Shown here piece by piece: positions 48,864 to 58,558 of a stretch of DNA of 64,000 bases. The position numbers were made by a program, and so were the translations under genes. The notes beneath the pieces were generated by a model that had not been told where the DNA came from, did no database searches, and saw only the letters and a list, made by a program, of their open reading frames with translations. The stretch's first letter is position 1. Each line of letters opens with the position of its first letter. The stretch is from Nitrospiraceae bacterium (GTDB taxonomy: Bacteria > Nitrospirota > Nitrospiria > Nitrospirales > Nitrospiraceae). The stretch is taken from contig JBFWWG010000015.1 in assembly GCA_050246315.1 (NCBI GenBank), positions 30,778 to 94,777 of the forward strand, in the 5' to 3' direction.

Positions 48864-50408
48864 TCAGACGCCAAGTCCGGTTCTCGTGTTCTCCACGAAC
48901 CGTTCTGTGGCATCGTCGATCCTGCGTCCTTTTCGGCCGCGCGCCGCGTGAATATACAATAGCGGCGGCGTGACCGTGTCGGGATGCGGGCGAGGCGGGG
49001 TCATTTCGTATCGGACCGGTTGCGCATGATCGGAGAGTTGCAAGGCCGGATTGTAGACACTGTGGAATTTCCAGAGCATCTTGACGAAGTTGGTTTGGCC
49101 CCGCAGCACGTGTCCGGCGGCAATCTTCGCCGTGGACTTGAGTGCGGCCCAACCCAGGTGCTTACTGTTGAGAATCCGTTGGGTCTTGACCAGCTCTTCG
49201 TAAAACTCGGGAAGCGGCAACTTCGTCGGCATGACCGCATGTTGAATGTCGAACAGCCGGTAATCCCGCGTCTGAATCTTCCGCGATTCCGTGACCCAAC
49301 TTTCCGTGCCTGGATAGGGGGTATTGACGCTGATATTGACGATTTCCGGAATCTCCAGGCACCATTGGCGAATGGTCTCGAACCGCCGGCGATCCCACTC
49401 CGGATCGGCGATCAGATTGATCGCTACCGTGATGCCCAGCGATCGGGCGAATTCCAGCGCTTCAAAATTCTTCCCCAGCGAAATGCGCTTGCGATGTCTT
49501 TTGAGCCCCTCTTCGTCGATGGCTTCGACGCCCAGGAACATGTATTGAAGCCCGAGCTTCTTCCAGAATTTGAAGACGTCTCGGTTCCGGAGGAGGACGT
49601 CTCCGCGCGTCTCGAGGTAATACCGTTTCTGGATCCCCTTGCGGGCGATCGCCTCTCCGATCGCCATTCCGTGCTCGGCCTGGATGAAGGCGACATCGTC
49701 GACAATGAAGATGCCCGGCTCCTTGATCCGCGCCAGATCTTCGATGATCTTCTCCGTGCTGACCGCACGGTAGCTGCGTCCATAAAAGGTCCAGGCGCTG
49801 CAGAAGGAGCAATCCCAGGGGCACCCTCGGGTGAACTCAATCGACGCGCAAGGGTCCAGCACGCCGATGAAGTATTTTCGCCGGTGGCGGACCAGGTCGC
49901 GGGCCGGGCGGAGATCATCCAAGCTCTCGACGAACCGGGGGGGAGGCCCTTCGCCGGTCATCGTGACACAGCCCGGTACGCTCGAGACCGCGTGGCGGTC
50001 CGTTTCGAACGCCGACAGGAGATTGACGACCCCGGCTTCCCCCTCTCCCTTGAGGACACAATCAATCGCGCCCTGACCATGATCAAGCAGTTCACGAGCG
50101 ACGAAAGAGGCGCTATGCCCGCCGACAAACACGGCGCTCCGAGGAAGCCGTGCTTTCGTCAGCTTGGCGAGGTCGATGACCTCGGGCACGTTCGGCAGGT
50201 AGTTGCAGGAAAAGCCGATGACATCCGGCCGCCACTCCTCGATCAGTCTGACATAGTCCTGCTGAGTCTCAACCTGAAGGTCGATGATGCGCACGTCATG
50301 GCCCGCTGCTCGAATCGCTTCCGCGACCAGTTCCAATCCCAAGGGCTCCAACCGCAGGTAAATCTTGGTATACATCAGCGGACCGGGATGAACCGCCAGG
50401 ACTTTCAT
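48864..50408 (-). CDS. hpnR: hopanoid C-3 methylase (B12-dependent radical SAM)
   Basis: VHPGPLMYTKIYLRLEPLGLE, RGCPWDCSFC, YRLFDIQHAV. Confidence 0.9.
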   Translation of the reverse strand: MKVLAVHPGPLMYTKIYLRLEPLGLELVAEAIRAAGHDVRIIDLQVETQQDYVRLIEEWRPDVIGFSCNYLPNVPEVIDLAKLTKARLPRSAVFVGGHSASFVARELLDHGQGAIDCVLKGEGEAGVVNLLSAFETDRHAVSSVPGCVTMTGEGPPPRFVESLDDLRPARDLVRHRRKYFIGVLDPCASIEFTRGCPWDCSFCSAWTFYGRSYRAVSTEKIIEDLARIKEPGIFIVDDVAFIQAEHGMAIGEAIARKGIQKRYYLETRGDVLLRNRDVFKFWKKLGLQYMFLGVEAIDEEGLKRHRKRISLGKNFEALEFARSLGITVAINLIADPEWDRRRFETIRQWCLEIPEIVNISVNTPYPGTESWVTESRKIQTRDYRLFDIQHAVMPTKLPLPEFYEELVKTQRILNSKHLGWAALKSTAKIAAGHVLRGQTNFVKMLWKFHSVYNPALQLSDHAQPVRYEMTPPRPHPDTVTPPLLYIHAARGRKGRRIDDATERFVENTRTGLGV

Positions 50409-50503
50409 CTGATCATCTACCTCCTTCCGCTGCGGCGTTCAGCCGCAGTCGCCCGAGACCATGAGTACCGGTCCCGCACCGCAACCTTCGGGCCGCGCGT
50501 TCC

Positions 50504-50718
50504 GTAGAATGTTGAAATTGTTCGCCAGCCGTGTGGCCGACCGGCGGGTGAGCGCGTTGCTCAGGCCTTCAACAGGTTGGACCCGTTGCATGGGAAAACG
50601 CAATGGGTATCCCGAGCAGGCTTCGGCCCGTCGCTCGCTGCGGCCACGTCCATGGAGAGGCGCGTCTCGACGCGTCGGTGTCGGACGGGTAAGAAGGACG
50701 GCCATTGTGAGCATCCTC
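50504..50718 (-). mobile_element. MITE, same family as 44177 (inverted)
   Basis: Reverse complement AGGATGCTCACAATGGCCGTC..ACCCG..GAGACGC..GGCCGCAGCGAGCG aligns to the left arm of the 44177 element. Confidence 0.75.
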
Positions 50719-50722
50719 CGGG

Positions 50723-52135
50723 CTAGGCGGACAGCTTGTTGAGGGCATTGAGCGCCGCCACCTTGTAGCACTCCGCCAACGTCGGATAATTGAATACGGT
50801 CCGCAAGAAGTACTGGAGTCCACCACCCAGCTCCAGAACGGCCTGACCGATATGGATCAGTTCCGTGGCGCCGGTTCCGACGGCATGAACTCCCAGTAGC
50901 TGCTGATCCTCGCGGTGGACGAGCAGCTTGAGAAAGCCGGTGTCATCCCCGAGGATCTGTCCTCGGGCAATTTCCCGATATCGCGCAATGCCGGTCTCGT
51001 AGGGGATCTTGTTCTGAGTCAGCTCATGTTCCGGCGCCCCGATTGCGGAGATTTCGGGGACGGCGTAGATGCCGATGGGCAGGTGCTCGATGATCGGCCC
51101 CGCCTCCACGCCGAACGCATAGCAAGCCGCCAGTCGTCCCTGTGAGAACGAAGTGGAGGCTAGGCTCGGAAAGCCGATGACATCCCCCACTGCATAAATG
51201 TGCGGTACCGCCGTTCGGAACTGCTGATCGACCGTCAATCGTCCTCGATCATCGGTGGTGAGTCCCGCGGCCGCGAGGTTGAGTCGGCCGGTGGCGCCGA
51301 TCCGGCCGACCGAAAAGAGGACTTGGTCGGCCACGAGACATTTCCCGGATTCCAGATGGAGCATGGCTTGTCGCGGATCTCCAGGCGTGACCTCGATTCG
51401 TTCGACGGCTTCGCCCAGGCGGAAAACGACTCGACGGCCTCGCATCTGATGCATGAGCTCGTCGACCGTTTCCCGATCCAAGAACTCAAGCAGCCGGTCG
51501 CGCTTATCCACCAGCACGACTTCGACGTTGAGAGCCGCAAACATCGACGCATACTCGATTCCGATGATGCCCCCGCCGACGACGATGAGCTTTTTGGGAA
51601 GTCGCCTCGTGCGTAAGAGATCGTCGCTGGTGAGAATGACGTCGTTATCGACCGGGACACCGGGAGGCGGAGCCGGGGATGTACCCACGGCAATCAGGAT
51701 ATTGGCGGCGGTCACGCTGCGCAGGCCCGCCTCAGACGCCACCGCTATGGTATGGGGGTTGATGAACGACGCCTCTCCTTGAATCAACTCGACCCCGTTC
51801 CGATGCAGTTGTTGCTCGACCACCTGAGATTCGCGCTGTGTGACACTCCCCACGCGATCAAGCAGCTCTTCCACGGACGGGCGGTGTGTCCCGTTGAGGC
51901 CGGTTCGAAATGCTGGACTGGAGCCGAATTGACCATTCCGGCTCGTGATCGAACAGACGGCCTCGCGGAACGTCTTGCTCGGGATGGTGCCCGTATCGAG
52001 GCAGGCCCCTCCCAGACAGCGGCGCTTTTCCACCAAGGCCGTCCGCTTCCCGAGCTTGGCTGCTTGAATGGCTGCACGCTGACCCGCCGGACCGCTGCCG
52101 ATGCACAGCAGGTCAAAGTTGTAACCTGTGCTCAC
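50723..52135 (-). CDS. sthA: soluble pyridine nucleotide transhydrogenase
   Basis: GSGPAGQ, GGACLDTGTIPSKT, FNYPTLAECYKVAALN. Confidence 0.92.
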   Translation of the reverse strand: MSTGYNFDLLCIGSGPAGQRAAIQAAKLGKRTALVEKRRCLGGACLDTGTIPSKTFREAVCSITSRNGQFGSSPAFRTGLNGTHRPSVEELLDRVGSVTQRESQVVEQQLHRNGVELIQGEASFINPHTIAVASEAGLRSVTAANILIAVGTSPAPPPGVPVDNDVILTSDDLLRTRRLPKKLIVVGGGIIGIEYASMFAALNVEVVLVDKRDRLLEFLDRETVDELMHQMRGRRVVFRLGEAVERIEVTPGDPRQAMLHLESGKCLVADQVLFSVGRIGATGRLNLAAAGLTTDDRGRLTVDQQFRTAVPHIYAVGDVIGFPSLASTSFSQGRLAACYAFGVEAGPIIEHLPIGIYAVPEISAIGAPEHELTQNKIPYETGIARYREIARGQILGDDTGFLKLLVHREDQQLLGVHAVGTGATELIHIGQAVLELGGGLQYFLRTVFNYPTLAECYKVAALNALNKLSA

Positions 52136-52224
52136 GATGGTCTTCTCCTCTTCAACAACACCGGCCCTCTGCGCTCCGTTGCGGTCCGCCAGATTCGGGG
52201 ATGAGACATCGCTGAGCCGTGTCA

Positions 52225-52794
52225 TCACTCCGAGGAGCTTTGAATGGGTGCCTGGGTTTGCTGCCATATGACGGACGCTTCCTCATTCATGCGCTTGAGT
52301 CTCCGCCCGGCCTCAATCGCGTAGTAGGCGTAGGCTGGCTCGTGCGGCGCTCCCGCAACCGTGCTGAGCAGCTCTTCGCTCACCTCAGGACGTCCTGCGA
52401 ATTGGGCGGCGCGAGCGCCATGCAGCGCACAGGCCGCGGCCATCGCTTGGGGGTCCACCGCCAGCCTGGACGGGAGTGTTGCAAAAAGAGACCGGACTGC
52501 GGAAGGCAGATGCCGAGGCGCGTGGTTCTGCACGGTCTCGCTCTCCGCGAGGTGCCTCAGTTGTTGAAGGTCGGTCCGGATCTCATCGGGCACTGAGCTT
52601 GAACGACAGTGGCGGTAGGTGGTCCAGGCATCCCTGAACTGGGCGTCGTCGAGCTGGAGGTGAGAGCTCGCGAATGGCCACGAACCGACGCAACCGCCTA
52701 GTCCTGCGAGGCTCAAGATGAGCAGGAGTCGAAGGCTGCGTGATCTAAAACTGACGTTGTGTTGAGGTCCTGTGAAGATGATCTGTCGGCCCAT
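52225..52794 (-). CDS. hypothetical lipoprotein
   Basis: Hydrophobic stretch plus LGGC. Confidence 0.7.
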   Translation of the reverse strand: MGRQIIFTGPQHNVSFRSRSLRLLLILSLAGLGGCVGSWPFASSHLQLDDAQFRDAWTTYRHCRSSSVPDEIRTDLQQLRHLAESETVQNHAPRHLPSAVRSLFATLPSRLAVDPQAMAAACALHGARAAQFAGRPEVSEELLSTVAGAPHEPAYAYYAIEAGRRLKRMNEEASVIWQQTQAPIQSSSE

Positions 52795-52836
52795 GGTATA
52801 CCGGACTTGCGGCGTCCGCTGCTCTAGATGCCGCTC

Positions 52837-53097
52837 TCAAGCTGTATGTCGCTGTGTTCCCGACCTCGGACCTGCTTGGACTCGCGGCCACATCGCGTTG
52901 ATCTTTCCCGAGCTATGCGTCCTTCCGCGGCTCAGCGATGTCAGAGGTGTGTGCGGCAATCGGTTCAATCGCATGACCGGATCGTCCAGAAATCCGCAGT
53001 TCACGCATCGCGATCCTTGAAACCATCGATCCACTCCGCCACAGAGGTCCAGGAAGTCATGCGGGACGAGTAGCCCGCTGCAACGTACACAAGACAT
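52837..53097 (-). CDS. small zinc-ribbon protein
   Basis: GGAGG RBS; CVRCSGL..RCVNCG..DPV..NR. Confidence 0.8.
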   Translation of the reverse strand: MSCVRCSGLLVPHDFLDLCGGVDRWFQGSRCVNCGFLDDPVMRLNRLPHTPLTSLSRGRTHSSGKINAMWPRVQAGPRSGTQRHTA

Positions 53098-53257
53098 CAG
53101 GTCCCTCCTTTCCCGATACATCAAGACCTCCGACACCCTCCTGTCGTAGATGTTCGACATCCGATGCGTCTCTCCGTTCAATGGTCACCTGCGCAATGGT
53201 ACTGTGGGAGTGTCGATGGCGTGCACCGTGTAAGTACATATATGAGGTCGTGATAGA

Positions 53258-53273
53258 AGCAAACAAGATGCCA
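53258..53273 (-). promoter_or_regulatory. sigma54 -24/-12 promoter
   Basis: TGGCAT-CTTGT-TTGCT. Confidence 0.7.
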
Positions 53274-54077
53274 TGTGCGGCGACATCTGGCGGCTTCCTT
53301 GATGCCATCATGATTCCCGCGCCTTCGATACGAATGTCGAGCCAGCACGCGAGGGATGAGCCGAACGAAACGAGTCTGCGGTCGTGGTGGATCGTGGTCT
53401 ATCACCAGTCACCGTTGAGGGACACGGTTGAAGAGAATCGACAAAGGGTGCGCGTCGAAACTCTGTTGTGGTCGAGGTGCCCCATTCTCTCGGCACGACA
53501 CACGTTTGGTGGAAGCGCGATTGCGAGCCGTCATCTTGTGACCCGTCCAACAGGACTCCGGGCTGTCCCCACGGCACGACGGTCTTGAGCCGCTCGGTGC
53601 GGAGAGGCCGCAGGCTGCCCATCGCGCGCTGAGGATTCAGCACAGCGGACACCGCAAGCAAGCCTGGATACCAACGATCGACCGAAATCATCAGCTTGAG
53701 AGTTGTGTTGAGGCTCTCGCGGTGACGGGGACGATGGCGAGTGTGCCATCCACCGCATGTCGTGCAATGCGCAGAACCTCGGAGACCGACTGTACGCAAT
53801 ATGCTTGCCCGCGAGGATCTCTTCGTCAACCGAATGCCATACGAGCGGCGCGACGAGGGCGTGGGCGCTGTGAGCGCGGTCTTCGGATCGTATTCAGAAA
53901 GTCTGCGGAGGATTCATTGCCAGCAGATTGGGAATTGATGTGAGGAATCGAGACGAGCGCACCGTGCAGAATCGCTCAGATTGTGAACGGGTGGAATCTG
54001 AGAGGCATGGTCGCGGCAACGAAACGAGACAACAGCGGGAGCGCATCCGATCGATCAGTGAAGGAAGTGCTGCGGTG

Positions 54078-54755
54078 CTACAGGACCAGATTGAACCGGC
54101 AAACTTTCGCGGTGGCTTCAACGTCTCCGGTCGGGCCTTCCATCGGGACAATCACCCGGCTGCGTTCGGGAGAGGGGACGCGCCGGTGAATTTAATCGCG
54201 CTCCTGATGCGGATTGCCGGAAAAGTACATCTGTGTCGTCAGCTCCCGGTCGCCGGGCGCGCGGACTTTGAAGTGGATGTGTGATGGTCTGATCCAGCTA
54301 CGAGCCGCCTCGTATTCGCCCGGCTTAATGGTCTTGAAGCAGTAGCGCCCCTCTCGGTCAGTTACGGACTTCCCCCAATATTGGAAGTAGGGGTCGAGCG
54401 GGGCGGGATTCCCAGCGTCCCGTGGATGATGGTAGCGGCCGTTGGCCGAGGCTTGCCAAAGCTCGATCAGCGCTACTTCGATGGGAAGGCAGTGGGAATC
54501 GCGGAGGTGGCCGGTGACGTACAGCAGTTGGCCGGCGGCCTGTCCGGATTTGCCATTTACGAAGGTCAGATCGCTATCTTTATCCAAGAGGGCGTCAAGC
54601 TGTCGCTGCGGCGGGTAGTACGGGCCTTCCGTCTGCGACGGCGTGAGCAGACAGGCCAGCTCTTCTGCGCGAGTGAGAGCGGGGCCCAGCAACCAGAGTC
54701 CGACCGACCCCAGACTGGTGAGGACCAATCGATGCCTGGTGAGAGCCTCGACCAT
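54078..54755 (-). pseudogene. intradiol (protocatechuate 3,4-dioxygenase-like) dioxygenase with premature TAA
   Basis: TEGPYY, WQASANGRY, TIKPG.Y, HIHF; in-frame TAA at 54192-54194, frame continues to ..CRFNLVL*. Confidence 0.8.
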
Positions 54756-54824
54756 GGCGCATCATTGTATCGACGTCGAGCATTGTCCAGGAAATGGCGG
54801 CGGTCATGCGGCGGGTGCCTCGAC

Positions 54825-56021
54825 TCAGGAGATGCAGTTGAGAGGAGGAAAGGCTGGGTTGTCGAACAGGTCGCTGCGCAAGCCCCACCAGTTCTGGATG
54901 ACGGTGTTGTAGAGGCGCCGATAATCCGCCCGAGGCTTCAAATCTCCCGCTTGCAAATCCGCGAGCGACGGTTGTGATCCGTAGAGTCCGCCCTTCACGC
55001 GGCCGCCCATGAAGAAGTGCGGCGCCGCCGTCCCATGGTCCGTACCCTGGCTGCCGTTCTCGGCCACGCGCCGACCGAACTCCGAATAGGTCATCACGAG
55101 CATCCGATCCCACAGGTCCATCTGGCGAAGGTTGGCGCGAAACACCGTGAGGGCTTCGGCCAGTTCGTGGAGCAACCGCTGGTGCTGGTTGAGTTGGCCG
55201 GCATGGGTATCGAAACTGCCATGCGTCACCTTGATCACCGCCGCCGGCACACGTGCGCTCATGAGCGTGGCGGCGATCTCCAGTTGCTTGCCGAGCCGAG
55301 TCGCGGGAAACGGAACTGACCGCGGCGGCGCCTGCTTCAAGCGCTGTTCCAAATCTCCCGAGGCGCGGGCAATCTCTCGTTGGACTTCGAGAATATGGGC
55401 GAGGGCACGATTGGTCGTGAGCTGGTCCACCGGCCGGGCCAACTCCGCTTGCCGGAGAAACTCTTGAGGGTCCTGGAGCGTCACGATCCGGCTGTGCCCG
55501 CCGGCCAAGGGGCCGGCCTCTCCCCTGCCGAGGACAATCCCTTCGGCGGTAAATCGTTCCGGCAGCGGATGTCGGGCGAAGAGTCTCGCCAACCAGCCGT
55601 CGTCCAGCGTTTGCGCGCTGTCCGATCCCGTCTCCCAGATTTCAATCGAACGGAAGTGCGATCGGTTGGGATGGTCATACCCCACGCCGGTGACGATCGC
55701 GAGTTCGTTGCCCTCCCAGAGCGGCATCAACGGTTCCAATGCCGGATGTAACCCCAACTCCGTACTGAGTTGCTTGACCTGTTCGCGCGGGATCGCGAGT
55801 CGCGGACGCGCATCATAGTAGCGAGGGTCTCCATAGGGAATCACCGTGTTCAATCCGTCATTGCCGCCGCGCAGTTCAAGCAGCAGCAGAATGCGCTGCC
55901 AGGTGTCTCGACCTGGGGGGATCTCGGCGCCGGCAGCCGCCCAGATCTGTTGAAGCCAGGAAGGAGCCAGCAGCACCAACGGAACCGCGGCCATGGCCTT
56001 CAGCAATTCACGTCGATTCAT
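54825..56021 (-). CDS. DUF1501 family protein (Tat signal)
   Basis: MNRRELLK, GGNDGLN, RSHF, FDTH, SEFGRR, GTDHG. Confidence 0.92.
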   Translation of the reverse strand: MNRRELLKAMAAVPLVLLAPSWLQQIWAAAGAEIPPGRDTWQRILLLLELRGGNDGLNTVIPYGDPRYYDARPRLAIPREQVKQLSTELGLHPALEPLMPLWEGNELAIVTGVGYDHPNRSHFRSIEIWETGSDSAQTLDDGWLARLFARHPLPERFTAEGIVLGRGEAGPLAGGHSRIVTLQDPQEFLRQAELARPVDQLTTNRALAHILEVQREIARASGDLEQRLKQAPPRSVPFPATRLGKQLEIAATLMSARVPAAVIKVTHGSFDTHAGQLNQHQRLLHELAEALTVFRANLRQMDLWDRMLVMTYSEFGRRVAENGSQGTDHGTAAPHFFMGGRVKGGLYGSQPSLADLQAGDLKPRADYRRLYNTVIQNWWGLRSDLFDNPAFPPLNCIS

Positions 56022-56046
56022 GGGTGGCCTCGTACCACGAAGGGCG

Positions 56047-57408
56047 TCATTTCAATTGATAAGCCGGATCGAGCACCAACTGACGGACCGCCTGCCGGCG
56101 GTCCTCGATCGGAACGTCGGTCGTGGCAGTCGGCGCCGGCGGAATGGGATTGACTGGAGGAGCGGCGAGCAGCGTGGCTTGCAGGACCTCTTCCGGCTCG
56201 GTAGCCAGCCAGCCCGCTGCGCCTCGTCCATCTCCCATATCCAGCCCCGTGCTCTCTCCATGGAGGTGTCCCACTTCATGCCCGCGAATGCTCTGTTGCA
56301 GGATGTGCCATCGGGCCGGGAGCGTCGCGGTCGTGATCCACTTGGTGCCACCGGGCCAACCTTTGACGTTGGGTGGATCGAACAGGTCTTGTCCGAGGCG
56401 TCGTCCGGCTCGCACCAGCGCCATTCGATCGGGGAGGGGAAGCTGGAAGAGCCGCATCGTGCCGACCATCAGCTCGGCCGGCGATTTGATGAGGACGCCG
56501 CGGTTCTCCTTCGCCCAGAACTGTGGCGAGGTCAGGATGGCCTGGAGCAGGGGCTTTAGGCGGTACTCATTACGGCGGAAGCGACCGGCGAGGCGCTCAA
56601 CCTCCTGTGGATCGGGCTGGTCGGAGACGAACTCCTTCCAGAGTTTCTGGGTGATGTGCCGGGCGACCTGAGGCTGTTCCAAAGTCATGCGCAACACATC
56701 GTCTCCCGTGAAGGTACCGGTACGACCGAACAGACGCTTGATCCCCTGGTCGTGCTTGGCCTGATTCACGCGGAAGGAGCCGGTCCGCCGATCCACCTGC
56801 CAGCCTGTGAAGCAACGCGCCGCCTCCTTGATGTCCTGCTCGCTGTAGTGACCCTCGCCCAAGGTAAACAGCTCAAACAACTCGCGGGCGAAATTTTCGT
56901 TCGGCCGGTCTTTGTGATTCTGCTGAGTATCGAGGTACAGCAGCATCGCCGGGTCTCTGGCGACGGCAGACAACAGGTCTCGGAAGGACCCCAACGCCTG
57001 CTCGCGAAGGAGCACATTCTGACGGTAGAGAAACGGGGGCCATTTGACTTTCTGAAAGCTGGATGTGAAATGGTTGTGCCAGAAGAGGGTCATCCGCTCG
57101 GTCAGCGGCGAGGAAGTGACGAGCAGCTCGCGATACCACCAGGCTTTGAGTTCCTGTGCTTCCTCCTTCCGCTCCTCGCGAAAGGCCTTCTTCTCGACCT
57201 GCCCCATCTGTTTGCGCTCGGCCGGCGGGGGTGGAAGCCGGCCGATCCAAGGCGGAGGTGGTGTAACGGCTCTGGTGGTCGTGGCGTCGAGCAGTTGTGA
57301 AACGGCCGTGATTCGATCCCAGGCGATCCATTGCCGGATCTCATCGGCCGTGCCTCCGAATCCGGTTCGGGCGAGCAGATGGCGGGCGTCGTCGAAGGTC
57401 ATGGCCAC
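56047..57408 (-). CDS. DUF1800 family protein
   Basis: HLLARTGFG, ERMTLFWHNHF, NENFARE..ELFTLG, PPNVKGW. Confidence 0.92.
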   Translation of the reverse strand: MAMTFDDARHLLARTGFGGTADEIRQWIAWDRITAVSQLLDATTTRAVTPPPPWIGRLPPPPAERKQMGQVEKKAFREERKEEAQELKAWWYRELLVTSSPLTERMTLFWHNHFTSSFQKVKWPPFLYRQNVLLREQALGSFRDLLSAVARDPAMLLYLDTQQNHKDRPNENFARELFELFTLGEGHYSEQDIKEAARCFTGWQVDRRTGSFRVNQAKHDQGIKRLFGRTGTFTGDDVLRMTLEQPQVARHITQKLWKEFVSDQPDPQEVERLAGRFRRNEYRLKPLLQAILTSPQFWAKENRGVLIKSPAELMVGTMRLFQLPLPDRMALVRAGRRLGQDLFDPPNVKGWPGGTKWITTATLPARWHILQQSIRGHEVGHLHGESTGLDMGDGRGAAGWLATEPEEVLQATLLAAPPVNPIPPAPTATTDVPIEDRRQAVRQLVLDPAYQLK

Positions 57409-57456
57409 GGTGCGGCTCCCTGCTCGAAAGCACCGCTGAGTGGTCGCGCAGGCGAC

Positions 57457-58461
57457 TCAGTGCGATTCCTGAAATCGACGAACGATGGCCTCGACAATGC
57501 GATTTTCAGCCCAGTGCGGATCTTCATTCGAATGCGCTCGTTGAACGAAGGCGCAATGGCCGCCGTGCTGTGGCGCGACGACCGTGATGCGGGGATTGCC
57601 TCTCACCGCCTCGGTCTCGAAAATTGTGAAGGGCACGAAGGGGTCGTCGTAGGCGGTGATGATCAGGGTCGAGACGCGGATGCGAGACAGCACGTGCCTG
57701 GCCCCGGCGCGATCATAATACTCCTCCGCGCTGGAAAAGCCGGCATCTGGGGCGGTGTAGAGGTGATCGAACTGGCGCAGCCGGGAGATGCGGGCAAGCG
57801 GTGCGAGACTGTAGCGGGAGGGAAACAATGCGGCTTTGCGGCTGAGCCTGGCCTTCAACCGGATGACGAAATGCCGTTCATAGATCCAATTGGCGCGCCG
57901 CTCCAACGCCTGGACGCAGGCCTCCGGGTCGATTACCGGACAGACGCCGACGACGCCCCGAAGCGCCCGTATGCTCGTTCCCGCTTCACCGGCCATCTTA
58001 AGCACCAGATTGCCGCCCATAGACCACCCGACGGCCCACAGATGTGCCAGCCCGTCCTTGTCTGCGAGTTCCGTTAAAACCGATCGGATGTCGGCGCTTA
58101 ACGAACTGTTGTAGAGCGTCGGGGTCAAATGTTCCGTGTCACAGCAATTGCGTTGATTCAACCGGACGACGTTCATGCCGGCCCGGTAGGCCTTGGCGGC
58201 GAGCCCCTGCATGTATTGGGATTCGCTGCATCCTTCGAGGCCGTGCAACAGGACCACGGTAGGGGCTGTGAAACGATGGGCCTGCCAGTGGCAAAATCCC
58301 AGCACGTGACTGTCCTCCGCCACTTGAAACAGGCGGGATTCGATCGGCATGGCCTTGAGCAGTCCTCGTCTCGGGAAGAACCGAGGAAAGAGGGTCATGG
58401 CATGCCGGTTACGGAGGAGGGGATGGGGCGTGAACGGCGAGGCCTCGATGCGCATCGGCAT
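57457..58461 (-). CDS. YheT-like alpha/beta hydrolase
   Basis: LHGLEG, GWSMGG, DDPFVP, GGHCAF. Confidence 0.9.
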   Translation of the reverse strand: MPMRIEASPFTPHPLLRNRHAMTLFPRFFPRRGLLKAMPIESRLFQVAEDSHVLGFCHWQAHRFTAPTVVLLHGLEGCSESQYMQGLAAKAYRAGMNVVRLNQRNCCDTEHLTPTLYNSSLSADIRSVLTELADKDGLAHLWAVGWSMGGNLVLKMAGEAGTSIRALRGVVGVCPVIDPEACVQALERRANWIYERHFVIRLKARLSRKAALFPSRYSLAPLARISRLRQFDHLYTAPDAGFSSAEEYYDRAGARHVLSRIRVSTLIITAYDDPFVPFTIFETEAVRGNPRITVVAPQHGGHCAFVQRAHSNEDPHWAENRIVEAIVRRFQESH

Positions 58462-58558
58462 AGGCTTAGACTAAGAGAGAACTGTTCCTCGTGCAAGTCG
58501 CCCTCGATAGGTGGGTAAGCGTGGCTGCCGGGTTGCCGTTTCATCACCAGAGCATCTG

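Noticed and set aside
48984..50507. 507-aa plus-strand ORF (also 41563-43026 and 30843-32039)
   Set aside because: Antisense shadows of well-supported genes in GC-rich DNA, with no motifs
53308..54060. Several short overlapping ORFs
   Set aside because: No RBS or recognisable motif; probably degraded or non-coding
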